Numbered from the stretch's first letter, positions 1 through 10,332 are shown. The stretch: DNA of 64,000 nucleotides from Coleofasciculus sp. B1-GNL1-01 (GCA_040220235.1 JAVJTO010000088.1); one strand, 5' to 3'. The notes: generated by a model from the letters alone, not told the origin. Numbers and translations: made by a program.

Positions 1-685
1 ATTCGCGCAGTTGTTCGAGTTCATCCCCGAACCATTCCAAACGCACGGGTAATTCGGCAGCAACCGGGAAAATATCCACAATATCACCGCGCCGACTCCA
101 CTGACCTTCCATTTCCACCAGGGGGACTCGTTCATAACCCAAGCGTGCTAATTGTTTATCGATGTCTTTCGTATCCCAACTTACGCCTCGGTTGATTGTC
201 AGGCAGTAGGATGCAAAGGCGGCGACGGGTGGTAAATGGGGTTGGAGTGCCGCATGAGTAGCGACAATTGCCAGTTGTCCGTTGTGCTTTGTCTGTCCAT
301 TGTCCGTTGAAGTCCGTGGGTTACCCTGATCAGGACTGGACGAATGATCAATCACCAAATCGGCTAATACCTGCATTTGTCCCCAGGTCATTTCCGATTC
401 TGGGTCAAAAGGTTCGTAGGGTGACGCTTCTGAGGTGGGATAGAAATGAACCGTTTGCCAGTTCATGGCTTCCAGTTGCACTGCCCAGCGACTGGCTTCC
501 TCCAACGTGGCGCAGATAACCAAAAGATTGCGCCCTGCGGCTTGGGCGATGGCAGATGAGACTAATCCCTTCGGGAGACGGGCAATCCCATTCAGGTGCA
601 AAGACGACTGACGATTTAGTTTAGCAAGGAGTTCACCCGTCAGGGGCGATCGCTCCAGAGTCCGAATGATAGAAGAGAATGCCAT
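1..685 (-). CDS. mfd: Transcription-repair coupling factor, N-terminal part (runs off window start)
   Basis: Manual minus-strand translation from ATG 685: [20 protein letters not shown]...[13 protein letters not shown]...[26 protein letters not shown], the UvrB-homology module of cyanobacterial Mfd; absent from ORF track because it is truncated by the window edge. Confidence 0.9.
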   Translation of the reverse strand, partial: MAFSSIIRTLERSPLTGELLAKLNRQSSLHLNGIARLPKGLVSSAIAQAAGRNLLVICATLEEASRWAVQLEAMNWQTVHFYPTSEASPYEPFDPESEMTWGQMQVLADLVIDHSSSPDQGNPRTSTDNGQTKHNGQLAIVATHAALQPHLPPVAAFASYCLTINRGVSWDTKDIDKQLARLGYERVPLVEMEGQWSRRGDIVDIFPVAAELPVRLEWFGDELEQLRE

Positions 686-1091
686 GATTCACCGCACGTT
701 ATTAGAAATAGACAACCCAAGCCGCCATCCATCGACTTATCCTATTGTAGAAGCCTTGGTCGGGGCAGGTTCAGTTATAGCTAGGTCAAAAAGAAATAAT
801 AATCGTGAAACTTGCCCCTACACTAAATCCCCAACCTGATTCACCCCACAGTCAATCTACCGCTCAACCCCTCTGCGCCCCTCTGCGTTAAAAAAACTAA
901 GCTATCGCCCTCCTCAAACCTTGGTCAGGACAGGTTTCCTCCCCTAGATAGGAGTGAGTCAAAAGAACCCCCGACACCAAACCCCAGACGCTTCTCACAT
1001 CACCTCTGGAACAGTCAAAACCCAGAACTCAAGTCATGCTTGATACTAGAACCTGAGAATACATCCTCTCTCATTCCCAGCCATTACACTC

Positions 1092-1220
1092 ATGTCCTCT
1101 GTCTCTCGCGAAATTGTCTTTGTCCTCTTGCTAATCGGACTCAATGGTATCTTTAGCTATGTCAGAGATGGCGATTGTTGCCGCTCGCAAGGTACGCCTG
1201 CAACAGTTAGCCAATCAAGA
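1092..1220 (+). pseudogene. Hemolysin/CNNM (HlyC-CorC, DUF21) gene, 5' fragment
   Basis: MSSVSREIVFVLLLIGLNGIF / +1 frameshift (extra A near 1155) / AMSEMAIVAARKVRLQQLANQ, a typical DUF21 N-terminus; ends at the tnpB element. Confidence 0.8.
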
Positions 1221-1221
1221 G

Positions 1222-1250
1222 TTGACAACCAAGCATTCCCAAGGTAACAT
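1222..1250 (+). promoter_or_regulatory. Sigma70-type promoter of tnpB
   Basis: TTGACA (1222-1227), 17 bp spacer, TAACAT (1245-1250). Confidence 0.6.
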
Positions 1251-1253
1251 GAC

Positions 1254-2696
1254 ATGACATTTATCCACGCCAAGGTCGAAGCTGTGGTTAAGAAAAAAGC
1301 TAAAAAGCAATCTAAGCGAAAAAAGCCTCAAAAAGAGTCAAACATCAGAACCGATGTTTGGCAATTGGTTATGACGCAAGAGCAGCGCCGACTAGCCGTC
1401 TTGACCGTAGCGGAATACCGACATTTTCTGAAGCCATTAGTACTTATTAGCTATTGGAATTGGGGCAACCTGTCTGGGTTGAACAGTAATGAAAGAGTTA
1501 ATGCTCTAGAAAAGCTGGTTCACCAGACAGGGGATAATCCTAATCCTAAATACTATTGGTATTTCCAGAAAAGTATTGGTCGTTATCCTTCATTCCGGAA
1601 ATTTCCCAGTTATCTAAGACGTGCTGCTATTCAGGAAGCATTGGGTATTGTTAGCAGCTTCGTTACTCGCTGGGATGCTTGGAAGAGGGGAGAGCGAAAA
1701 CATCGTTACGACAAATCGCCCAGGTTAACCGTAATGTGCAATAGCTATCCAGCTTTGTACAAGGGTCAGCAAATCAAGTACCATTCCAACTTCAATGCAG
1801 TAGAGCTGAAAATATGGAATGGTGCTGATTGGGTTTGGATGCAAGGTGTTTCCATCAAAAAGCATGGAAAAAGTCGGCACACCAGAGAGGGAGCAAAACT
1901 GTTGTCTCCTGCTCTGGTTGCTAATAAGCGAAGTGTTCATCTTTCCATGGCCGTTGAGGTTAATCCTCAATCTCTACCTGATTCAGATTATGTTTGTGCT
2001 ATTGATATTGGCATAAACACAACAGCCACCTGCTCAATAGTTGGCTCATACGGTACTGTAAAAGCTAGGAAATTCCTCAATCCGGCTAGAGACATAGACC
2101 GTCGCGACCAACGTAAGCAGCGCATTGCGACTAAGTCCAAACTAACTCGGAAAATTACCAACCAGGATTTACCTAAAGGCTTCTGCCAAGGTTTGTATCG
2201 AAAGTCTAAAAACATCAACAAACATATTGCTCAAACGGTTTCTAGGCAGATTGTTGAGTTTGCACAAAAACATCAAGTTAACGTGATTGTGTTTGAGGAC
2301 TTATCGAATTGGAAAGCTAAGGGTGGGAAGCATGGGTCTTTGCAGAAACAGCGCTTTCACCAATGGTGCAAGGATAAATTAGTTGAGCTAACCATTCAGA
2401 AATTCTCTGAGTTGGGCGCAAAGGTATGTAAAGTCAACGCTAAATACACCAGTGCTTACGCCTTTGACGGTAGTGGGAAAATTAAGCGGAGTAACAAGAA
2501 GTATTCCCAAGCCGTATTCCCAAATGGCAAGCGCTACAACGCTGACCTATCCGCTTCCTACAACATCGGTGCCAGATATTGGTACGCGGTATTAACCAAT
2601 AGTAAATTCACTAGGGTCTGGGCAGGCAGAAGCTCCTCCCAGACGCTGCGAACGCCAGTGACGCTCAGTACTCTTTGGGAGCTGAGTAAAGCCTAG
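1254..2696 (+). CDS. tnpB: RNA-guided endonuclease TnpB (start may be GTG 1284)
   Basis: RuvC motifs AIDIG / VFEDL / NADLSASYNI; no CxxC zinc finger. Confidence 0.9.
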   Translation: MTFIHAKVEAVVKKKAKKQSKRKKPQKESNIRTDVWQLVMTQEQRRLAVLTVAEYRHFLKPLVLISYWNWGNLSGLNSNERVNALEKLVHQTGDNPNPKYYWYFQKSIGRYPSFRKFPSYLRRAAIQEALGIVSSFVTRWDAWKRGERKHRYDKSPRLTVMCNSYPALYKGQQIKYHSNFNAVELKIWNGADWVWMQGVSIKKHGKSRHTREGAKLLSPALVANKRSVHLSMAVEVNPQSLPDSDYVCAIDIGINTTATCSIVGSYGTVKARKFLNPARDIDRRDQRKQRIATKSKLTRKITNQDLPKGFCQGLYRKSKNINKHIAQTVSRQIVEFAQKHQVNVIVFEDLSNWKAKGGKHGSLQKQRFHQWCKDKLVELTIQKFSELGAKVCKVNAKYTSAYAFDGSGKIKRSNKKYSQAVFPNGKRYNADLSASYNIGARYWYAVLTNSKFTRVWAGRSSSQTLRTPVTLSTLWELSKA

Positions 2697-2744
2697 CATA
2701 AGAATCCCCTGCTAGAATTTTTAATTTAGCTGGGGTGCGTTCAA

Positions 2745-2834
2745 GTGATGGATATGGATGGCAATCGGGTGGATAAGATATTGGTGATCCCGTTGCACAA
2801 AGAGTATTATCAGCGTCCCAATGACGTGTATTAA
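2745..2834 (+). pseudogene. Hemolysin/CNNM gene, 3' fragment (end of CorC_HlyC domain)
   Basis: VMDMDGNRVDKILVIPLHKEYYQRPNDVY*, matching the conserved (FE)V.DMDG.RVDK.LV end of CorC_HlyC. Confidence 0.75.
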
Positions 2835-2893
2835 ATCCTTTTAGTAAAGACGTTCCGGCGGAACGTCTCTACTAATCGGGTCGCCCTATTGTT

Positions 2894-4282
2894 TTAAACG
2901 CTACCAACCATGGGTTTTTCGGGCAAGGATTGACGTAAACGATCGCCATATAAGGCTAACGCATTCCCGCCTAACAGCAGTCCCAGATGTTCCCGGTCAT
3001 AATCGGCAACAGTTGCAGCATCGTGGACACAGCCGTGCAGCACACCATCCCAGTGACCATAGTCCCCAGAGAAGCAGGTTAAATGCTTGCCAATTTCACC
3101 CATCGCCACAGGTAAATACGCAGGACCCGGATCATCGGATTCAAAGGAGGTAAAAATTTGACCCCGTTCAAAATACTCGAAGGGATCACGGTGACGCAGG
3201 TCATAATGTTCATACAAGCTAGCATCCTCAATCTTCGTCGGATCATGTGCCGCATTCCACAACAAATCAAACAGGTTTTTCGCCTGAGAGATAATGTTGA
3301 CATTATCCCGACCGCCTTTTTCCTGAATCATCAACTTGGTGAATTCCATCAAAGAGGGGCGATAGGGATGTTTCGGGTCAAAGTCACGAATCCGCTTTTC
3401 CCAATGTTCGTGGAACGCATGGGCTAAATCCGGTAGCCAACCACAACCGCCTTCTAAGAAGCCAACGCGCAGGGTGGGAAATTGTTCAAACGCCCCATCA
3501 AATACCATCCGGGCTAATGCCAATTGTTGCTGGTTGCGCTGGACAAAAATGTGGTTGAGGACAAAGGTTTCTAGATGATCCGCAATGCCGCCTACCATGT
3601 AGGAACCGGGTCCACCGTGAATTCCTAAACCAATATCCAAGTCTACCGCCGCCTGTAAAATCGGACGGAAGTCAGGATGGCTAATTGCCTTACAGGTGCG
3701 AATTTCGGGGAATGCATCGGGGGCTTTGGGATGGGGAATCGGCATATTAGGCGCAACCGCGACACTAATCATCCCCAGTTCGTTGACGCAGCGATACATT
3801 TCCTTGACCGCTTCATCGACATCCTGAAGACAAATAACCCCAATGGGTTTGAGGCGATTATCGTACCCTCGGCAATCATCCGCCATGTAACTGTTATAGG
3901 CGCGGCAGAGTGCGATCGCAAAGTCTTTATCCAGAATACTGGAAAAGATTAGATTCAGTGTGCCAAAGATAACATGGACATCAATCCCCTCTTGATCCAT
4001 GTGTTGAATCCGCACCCGATTGAACATCGCACCCAACGTGGTATCGGGATGCAGATTGCGAAAGCCGCCTTTGCCTAACCCTTGAGGTTGGGGAAACATC
4101 CGCAAAAAGTCATTTTTCCCGGTTTCTGGATTGAAGTCGATAATCTTTGCTCGTTGATCACCGAGACTATCAATTACCAAACCGACGCGATCGCGATACT
4201 CTGGTTCTAGATAATCCCGCATAATCATCGGATTCTCTAGCTTATGAGCATCCGCATCGATCACTAGCAAGTCTTGATACAT
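2894..4282 (-). CDS. Amidohydrolase_2 family metallo-hydrolase/decarboxylase
   Basis: IDADAH, IHGG, FLEGGCGW, FSGDYGHWD motifs; GAGGAG RBS before ATG 4282. Confidence 0.85.
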   Translation of the reverse strand: MYQDLLVIDADAHKLENPMIMRDYLEPEYRDRVGLVIDSLGDQRAKIIDFNPETGKNDFLRMFPQPQGLGKGGFRNLHPDTTLGAMFNRVRIQHMDQEGIDVHVIFGTLNLIFSSILDKDFAIALCRAYNSYMADDCRGYDNRLKPIGVICLQDVDEAVKEMYRCVNELGMISVAVAPNMPIPHPKAPDAFPEIRTCKAISHPDFRPILQAAVDLDIGLGIHGGPGSYMVGGIADHLETFVLNHIFVQRNQQQLALARMVFDGAFEQFPTLRVGFLEGGCGWLPDLAHAFHEHWEKRIRDFDPKHPYRPSLMEFTKLMIQEKGGRDNVNIISQAKNLFDLLWNAAHDPTKIEDASLYEHYDLRHRDPFEYFERGQIFTSFESDDPGPAYLPVAMGEIGKHLTCFSGDYGHWDGVLHGCVHDAATVADYDREHLGLLLGGNALALYGDRLRQSLPEKPMVGSV

Positions 4283-4310
4283 TCTCACTCCTCAATGTAT
4301 TGATGAAGGC

Positions 4311-4530
4311 GTGAAGTACCCCAACTTGCTTCGCTGAAGTTGGGGCTTCCAACTAGCAAGCAAGGACGGTCTTATTCGTCTTCGGGATTTCCCGTTTCAT
4401 CCGCCGACGCCTCCAAAAGTTACCTTTTATTGGTCTTACTCAGCGTCCACAGGCAGCCGTCCGCCTTCCGCAGACAGTAATATTATTGTTAGCCCGCTTG
4501 GTTAGAGCGGTTTATGGTTAGAATTCTAAC
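4311..4530 (-). ncRNA. Orphan IS200/IS605 right end / TnpB omega-RNA-like scaffold
   Basis: Minus strand GCCTGTGGA...GTAAGACC...GATGAAACGGGAA...GAAG-CCCCAACTT(cagcgaagc)AAGTTGGGG-TACTTCAC, a typical tnpB 3' end hairpin with TCAC terminus; no tnpB ORF upstream. Confidence 0.7.
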
Positions 4531-4638
4531 CGGATAATGGCTCGCCTGGGTAGAAGGAAAAAATGCCCAAGGGATTTGGTATTACCCATCTCCCCCATCT
4601 CCCAGACGTAGCATGCTACGTCTCTACACTATGCCCAA

Positions 4639-4938
4639 TCACCCCTTCCTGGCGGGACGCAACCCAAACCAGTTCTCGAATGACCAAGACAGGGATGCGA
4701 GGATGGTGATACCCGGATATTTGCGAAACGCGGGTTCATTCTTCTCAAAGAACGCATGTCCCCCTAACGCAAAGACTTGGGTAAGGATGACGCAAATCAA
4801 GGTCAACCGCCAATCATAGAATAGTAGGATAACGGCTGCGATCGCGAGTAGGTTGGTGAGGTGGTGCAGCCTCTGATTGATCGGATGCCGATGACTGGCG
4901 ATGAAATGGGCTTTGGCTTCTTGAAAGTTGTTCAACAA
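4639..4938 (-). CDS. Mpo1/DUF962-like small membrane protein
   Basis: SHRHPINQRLHH and GGHAFFEKNEPAF motifs with two hydrophobic helices. Confidence 0.75.
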   Translation of the reverse strand: MLNNFQEAKAHFIASHRHPINQRLHHLTNLLAIAAVILLFYDWRLTLICVILTQVFALGGHAFFEKNEPAFRKYPGITILASLSWSFENWFGLRPARKG

Positions 4939-5017
4939 TGGGACTCTCCTACAGTGACACTCAACTCAGCAAGTTTAAATTATTGTAGTCATAATACGCG
5001 GATGTGCTAAGCGCTAA

Positions 5018-5091
5018 AAGCAGGGGGAGCAGGGGGAGCAGGGGGAGCAGGGGGAGCAGGGGGAGCAGGGGAAGCAGGGGAAGCAGGGGGA
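5018..5091. repeat. AGCAGGGG(G/A) 9-mer tandem repeat
   Basis: About 8 tandem copies visible. Confidence 0.9.
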
Positions 5092-5190
5092 GATGAGTAA
5101 GTTAACTCAACACTCTACCTTACCTATTGCCCATTGCCTATTGCCTATTCCCTGTTCCCTGACACAGGACCAATGAGAAAGGACGAATGA

Positions 5191-6015
5191 CTAATTCCAC
5201 TCCAAAGGATCTAACTTATAATACTGTTTCAATTGCCGATAAAGTGCGGCATGTTTCCTTACCATTTGCTCAGGTTTTTCAAAGAACGTCTCTGTCGCTA
5301 CAGCAAAAAACTCAGCCGGATCAGTCGCACCGTATTTATTCATCACTGTTTTTCTACCGCGTTGAGCATCACGTTGTAATTGCTGATACTCTTGTGTAAA
5401 TACCTGCGCCCATGTCCGATAATCCGCCTGAGAGTTCAGCTTTGGTACACCATTAATCATCCCATCGGTTTGATCAAGCTGATGGGCAAATTCATGGAGA
5501 ACCACATTATGTCCATCCTGCCAATTCTGGATATCATATTCGATTTGCTGCCAAGATAGAACCAGTTGATCTCGCGTCCACGATTCCCCCAGTCTTACTT
5601 CATCTCTTTCTTCGATGATATAATCACTGATTCGCTTCGTGGGTTTGACTCGGTACGCGCTGGGATAAACCAGAATTGAAACTAAATTGGGGTAATAGTC
5701 ACCGCTATCATTCAGTAAAAGCAGACAGGCTTGAGCAGCAATCGCCAGTTTTATTTCTTCAGTAATCTGTACTCCTCTACAGCCAATAAACTGTTTTTCC
5801 GCTAAAAAAACAGCTATGTAACCCTGGAGTTTTCGTTGTCGGGATTGAGAGAGACAGTGATAAAATGGCAAAGTTTGTTTGATAACTGTTTGCCAATGCC
5901 GAGGAAACGGTTTATTTCGGATGCGGTTCCGTCGCCATTTAGTCAGAAGTGGACTTAATAGAACCCAAGCGCAAATCCCAACAATAATTACTAAAACAAT
6001 AATAGCTTCAACCAT
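5191..6015 (-). CDS. Zinc-dependent peptidase M90 (MtfA family)
   Basis: HEFAHQLD zinc motif, YGATDPAEFFAVATETFFEKP; N-terminal TM helix. Confidence 0.9.
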   Translation of the reverse strand: MVEAIIVLVIIVGICAWVLLSPLLTKWRRNRIRNKPFPRHWQTVIKQTLPFYHCLSQSRQRKLQGYIAVFLAEKQFIGCRGVQITEEIKLAIAAQACLLLLNDSGDYYPNLVSILVYPSAYRVKPTKRISDYIIEERDEVRLGESWTRDQLVLSWQQIEYDIQNWQDGHNVVLHEFAHQLDQTDGMINGVPKLNSQADYRTWAQVFTQEYQQLQRDAQRGRKTVMNKYGATDPAEFFAVATETFFEKPEQMVRKHAALYRQLKQYYKLDPLEWN

Positions 6016-6432
6016 ATAATTTATTTGAAGTTGTAGCCCTCACCGAATGCCCATCGCCTTTTTTAGATCCCCCTCCCGTCCCCCTTCAAAAGGGGGAAGC
6101 CAGCGGATGCTTCGCTTTTTGTTCCATGAGGGAGACCATTCAAAGCCTTCTCAAGAGCAGGAGAGAGGTTTGGAGAGAGGTTTTCCCAATCCCGTGAAAA
6201 GCAAGGTGGGCTGAGGCGGTAAAGTGACCTGCCGCGATGGACTTTGTACAATAGGATGGAGAAATGGGGATTATTTTTATGTCATTGAACAACCAATCGA
6301 TAATCCAGATCGTCCTGAAACAGCAGAGAGTTCAACAAGACTTATTGTCCGTAAAGCTTCTGAGGTAATCCTAGAAACGACAGGATTTCAATTTGTCTCT
6401 CCTTAGCCTTTGCCTAATCAAAATTATCTCCA

Positions 6433-6918
6433 TTACTCGTTAAATTCCTTACCTTTCAAACGTCCTTGCCGAACTTCAGCTTCCGAACTATCTGCATAAA
6501 TACTCGTCGTAATCACGCGATTCGTGACTTCCTCTAAATAAGACCGCAGTGTCTCATCTAGTTCCTGAAATTCGGGCCACAGGGTTTCATTCACAAAGCT
6601 AATGGGAACACGAGCCATTACTGTGGTATATTTTTGCCGATGATAGCGATATGGTTCAATCCCGTAGCGACGCAATAACGCTAAAAATAACTTCTTTGAC
6701 CACATATCCGTCAATGTGAATTTGTATTCCACTGGGGGATCAAGCTTTTGCACATCGGTGAGCTTTTCACGGATACGGTCTAGGGCGTTCGCCGCCGCCA
6801 CTTTTTCCCCCGTTGTGGTTGCACCTGCAAACAAGGCTTCAATGCGTTGTAGCTTTTCAATCAGCTTTTGTTCTTCTGTCAAGATGATTTCCTCTCGGCT
6901 TCCATTCAAATTGACCAC
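6433..6918 (-). CDS. Hypothetical protein
   Basis: 161-aa ORF with natural composition; no family recognised. Confidence 0.65.
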   Translation of the reverse strand: MVNLNGSREEIILTEEQKLIEKLQRIEALFAGATTTGEKVAAANALDRIREKLTDVQKLDPPVEYKFTLTDMWSKKLFLALLRRYGIEPYRYHRQKYTTVMARVPISFVNETLWPEFQELDETLRSYLEEVTNRVITTSIYADSSEAEVRQGRLKGKEFNE

Positions 6919-6993
6919 CGATTGTTAATATACCACTCTTGCTCCGCCTAAATAAAATCTAACGTTTCACGGCAAGTCTAGAAACTGTAGTAA

Positions 6994-7063
6994 CGTAGGG
7001 TGGGTTAGGCGGAATTTAAACCGAAGCAATAACCCTTTAATAGAGTATCCGCCGTAACCCACC
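6994..7063. repeat. REP-like dispersed palindrome GTAGGGTGGGTTAGGCGG...CCGCCGTAACCCACC
   Basis: Related copies at ~26294-26361, 29466-29534 and 31077-31145; degenerate copies inside the 19867-20765 array. Confidence 0.8.
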
Positions 7064-7239
7064 GATGTTAACTGAGCGGTGTATTCTTTAATCAATATTT
7101 CAGATAATGACTCTTAACTTTATTGAGTTTCCTGTGTTAACCCAACCTACAACTACTAAAATTAAGGAATAGACGGTATAGTTAAATTGGGCGCACGTCA
7201 GTGCGCCCCTACCGTTTTGTTTGCCTAATCCTAATTCAT

Positions 7240-8634
7240 TTATGCTGGTTGTTTCACAGGTAAATCGGCACTCTTCCAGGCACTCCATGAACCGGGAATA
7301 TTGATAACTTTCTCAAACCCATGCTTTTGCAGCAAACTGGCAGCAATAGATGCCCGATATCCACTCCCACAGTAGGTGGCTACGGTTTTAGTTTTGTCTA
7401 ACTTATCCAGTTTTTCTTCGAGATGGGGGACATAAATATGTTCAGCGCCAGGGATACAGCCACTGTGAAATTCTTTGTCGGTTCGCACATCTAACACCGT
7501 GAGTGCTGAGTCTTCCTTGTGCTGATTTAACTCATGTACCGTCCACTCACCAACGTGTTGCAAGGGTAGCCCCGCATTTTGCCAACTTTTCATCCCATCA
7601 TGGAGATAGCCAGCTAAGTTATCGTAACCCACGCGGAATAATTGTTCGGTAACAAGCGATAAATCCCGCGCACTTTCTACGACTAATAACAACGTTTTTT
7701 CAGGTGGAATCATCCAACCCATCCAGGTAGGAAAAGCAGATTGCAGGGCAATGTTAATCGCACCCGGAATATGTCCGCCGCCAAATGCTAGCATTGAACG
7801 GGTATCGATGACAAGGGTGTTTTCATCTGCCATCTTCTGTTGGAATTCTTGAGGAGATAAGGGTTGTAAGGTGGGTACACCCCCTTTAATCGGTGCGCCT
7901 TTAGCGTTCACTTTTTTTAAGCGGGAATAGTGAGTGGGGGCTTCTGGCATATCGCTCAGAATCCACTCGACAAATTCGGCTTCGGTTCGTTCTTTATAGG
8001 CGTCACTAAAAACCCGTTCATTGCCGATTGTACTCTGTCGGCGATCGCCTATGGATTTACCGCAGGCTGAACCCGCACCATGACAGGGATAAACTTCGAC
8101 GCGATCGCCTAATGGGACTAATTTGTCGAATAATGAGTGATACAGTTGCGCCGCCTGTTTTTTCTCGGTTCCTGTACCGACTAAATCGGGACGTCCAACA
8201 TCTAGATTAAACAGCGTGTCTCCTGTGAGTACGCCAAAGGGTTCTTTCCCCTGTTGAGCATCATGAATTAATACACAGATATGTTCGGGTGTATGTCCCG
8301 GCGTATGCAGGGTGCGGAGGGTAACTGTACCCAGTTGGAATTCGTCTCCTTCACTGAGTTGCTGTATCTGGAACTGATAATTTTCACTCTTCCCGCCGTA
8401 AATTGTGGCGCCAGTGCGGGCTTGAAGTTCCGATGAACCGGATACAAAGTCGGCGTGGATATGAGTTTCTAAGATATGGGTAATTCTCACACCCCGCGAT
8501 CGCGCGATTTGCAAATAGATATCGACGTCACGACGCGGATCAATAACGGCGGCTACACCTGCTTTATCATCCCCGACTATATAGGATAGCTGTGCCAATC
8601 CTTCGGTGTTAATTTGTTCTAAAACTAATGCCAT
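7240..8634 (-). CDS. MBL-fold persulfide dioxygenase fused to two rhodanese domains (CstB-like)
   Basis: THIHADF, TPGHTPEH, HGAGSACG; C-terminal rhodanese CGSGYR. Confidence 0.88.
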   Translation of the reverse strand: MALVLEQINTEGLAQLSYIVGDDKAGVAAVIDPRRDVDIYLQIARSRGVRITHILETHIHADFVSGSSELQARTGATIYGGKSENYQFQIQQLSEGDEFQLGTVTLRTLHTPGHTPEHICVLIHDAQQGKEPFGVLTGDTLFNLDVGRPDLVGTGTEKKQAAQLYHSLFDKLVPLGDRVEVYPCHGAGSACGKSIGDRRQSTIGNERVFSDAYKERTEAEFVEWILSDMPEAPTHYSRLKKVNAKGAPIKGGVPTLQPLSPQEFQQKMADENTLVIDTRSMLAFGGGHIPGAINIALQSAFPTWMGWMIPPEKTLLLVVESARDLSLVTEQLFRVGYDNLAGYLHDGMKSWQNAGLPLQHVGEWTVHELNQHKEDSALTVLDVRTDKEFHSGCIPGAEHIYVPHLEEKLDKLDKTKTVATYCGSGYRASIAASLLQKHGFEKVINIPGSWSAWKSADLPVKQPA

Positions 8635-8655
8635 GATTCTTGCTCCGGGTAACTA

Positions 8656-9108
8656 TTAACTCGCTGAGGAATGCTGTGAAATATAATTTTTGAAAAATTC
8701 TTTCATTTGAGGGGATTTTTCACAATCAAAACCCATGCTTTTGCCTTTTTCCATGGCTTGTTCGGCGGTCATTCCTTCGCGAGTTGCCACATACATTAAT
8801 GCCATCATCCCCGAACGTAACCCACTCTTGCAGTGAATTACGGCTGGCTTGGGCAGTTCCTCGATTTGTTGGAGAACTTGGCTTGCCAGTTCCTCGGTTA
8901 GGGCGTCGGGTTTAACGGGGATATTGACATAGTGCAATCCGGCGGCGGCGGCTTGCTGCTTTTCATCGCTAGCGAACCCCTCTTCCCCAGGCGATCGCAG
9001 ATTCAATACCGATTTTACCCCCTCTTGAGCCGCTTGTTGCAGTTGTTCCGGTGTCACCTGATTGGTGGCTACGGTTAAGGTATCGTTGATTTTTTTTGCG
9101 TTTTCCAT
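8656..9108 (-). CDS. DUF442 / PTP-like sulfurtransferase
   Basis: SVLNLRSPGE and HCKSGLR CX5R-like loop. Confidence 0.8.
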   Translation of the reverse strand: MENAKKINDTLTVATNQVTPEQLQQAAQEGVKSVLNLRSPGEEGFASDEKQQAAAAGLHYVNIPVKPDALTEELASQVLQQIEELPKPAVIHCKSGLRSGMMALMYVATREGMTAEQAMEKGKSMGFDCEKSPQMKEFFKNYISQHSSAS

Positions 9109-9669
9109 GAATGTCTAACTCCTTGTTAAAATGCCGATAGTGTAATTGAATTGGGTATAAATAAACACATTGATTCAGGATCGATATCCCCAAAGAACTT
9201 CTCGATCGGACTTGCAGAGATTTCATCCTAGGTGTCCCCATTCAATGTCACATTAGACACACCAATTTATTCTTAGGTCGGCTATTTATAGCCCATTCAT
9301 AGTCTTGGCTGAAAATTGGCACAATTCATCTAACCTGAGAATGAGATTTATTTCTGTCTAACGATAGTTGTAATTTTGAGATTAGGCTATTTTATTAGAC
9401 GCTTATGCTGTGAGTTAACAGGCGACTTCAGCTAAACGTTACCTCGCTCATAATACTAGCAGAAATTATTGTCAATAGAGTTATCTATTTTTTTCTTGAC
9501 GCGGAATTTAATGTATAAATTATCTGAAAGTGTTAGTCTGAAAAGAGAGGGTGTTTGAATTAACGCCAAACCCACACTTGAAGCGTGGCGGATATGTTCA
9601 TTTAAGCAATGACACCATAGAAACAGAACTTGTCAAATACCCTCTGAGCAGACTCAAGAGGATGAAACC

Positions 9670-10332
9670 ATGAATATCAACCTACCCAATAAAGCCGTTA
9701 TTGGAGCAGTAGTGATTGCGGGTTCAACCCTGTTGGCGCTGGGAACCAGTCCCTTGTGGGGAGAGAAATCGACAGAGGCATCGACTCTACTCTCTAACCA
9801 GAATGCTGGAATCAGAGCTAACACCAATCAAGAGATAGCCCAATCGCCTCCCGACACACCTAGAGGTCGAGGACGCTGGGGACATGGACATGGACAGGGA
9901 CATGGACAGGGACACCCAGGTCGAGGACGTTGGGGACAGGGACATGGACGAGGGCGACAGGAACACCCAGGTCGAAGACCCAGAGGTTTAGGTAACCGAA
10001 TGTATAACCCCGATAGCGTGGAAACTATCACGGGTGAAGTGATTAGTGTAGACCGATTCACCTCCAATCGCGGCAGGTCTGAGGGTATGCGTATGCAAAT
10101 GAGAACGGGTAATGAAACTGTTTCTGTCCATTTAGGTCCAGCCTGGTATTGGCAAAACCAAGGAATGACTATTGAACCCAATGATAGAATTCAGGTTCAA
10201 GGTTCCCGAGTCAATAGGGCAGGAAACCCCGCTATGATTGCGGCTCAAGTCCAAAAAGGAAACCAAGTCCTGAGGTTAAGGAATGAAAATGGGGTTCCGG
10301 TTTGGAGTCGGCGACAATTGCCCCAGAATTAA
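9670..10332 (+). CDS. Exported OB-fold-like protein with Gly/His/Arg low-complexity linker
   Basis: N-terminal hydrophobic segment; YNPDSVETITGEV...VHLGPAWY...VQGSRV domain; GH repeats at 9870-9985. Confidence 0.7.
   Translation: MNINLPNKAVIGAVVIAGSTLLALGTSPLWGEKSTEASTLLSNQNAGIRANTNQEIAQSPPDTPRGRGRWGHGHGQGHGQGHPGRGRWGQGHGRGRQEHPGRRPRGLGNRMYNPDSVETITGEVISVDRFTSNRGRSEGMRMQMRTGNETVSVHLGPAWYWQNQGMTIEPNDRIQVQGSRVNRAGNPAMIAAQVQKGNQVLRLRNENGVPVWSRRQLPQN

Larger units (their letters stand above)
1221..2744 (+). mobile_element. IS200/IS605-family tnpB-only element, left end apparently missing
   Basis: tnpB ORF followed by GAAT-hairpin (CCCCTGCTA...TAGCTGGGG)-TCAA right end at 2744, where host gene sequence resumes; no tnpA or left-end hairpin seen. 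Confidence 0.8.

Noticed and set aside
268..519. 83-aa plus-strand ORF
   Set aside because: Shadow of mfd on the minus strand
6224..6406. 60-aa ORF
   Set aside because: Looks like the C-terminal remnant of a gene cut by repeats; no credible start and no family assignable
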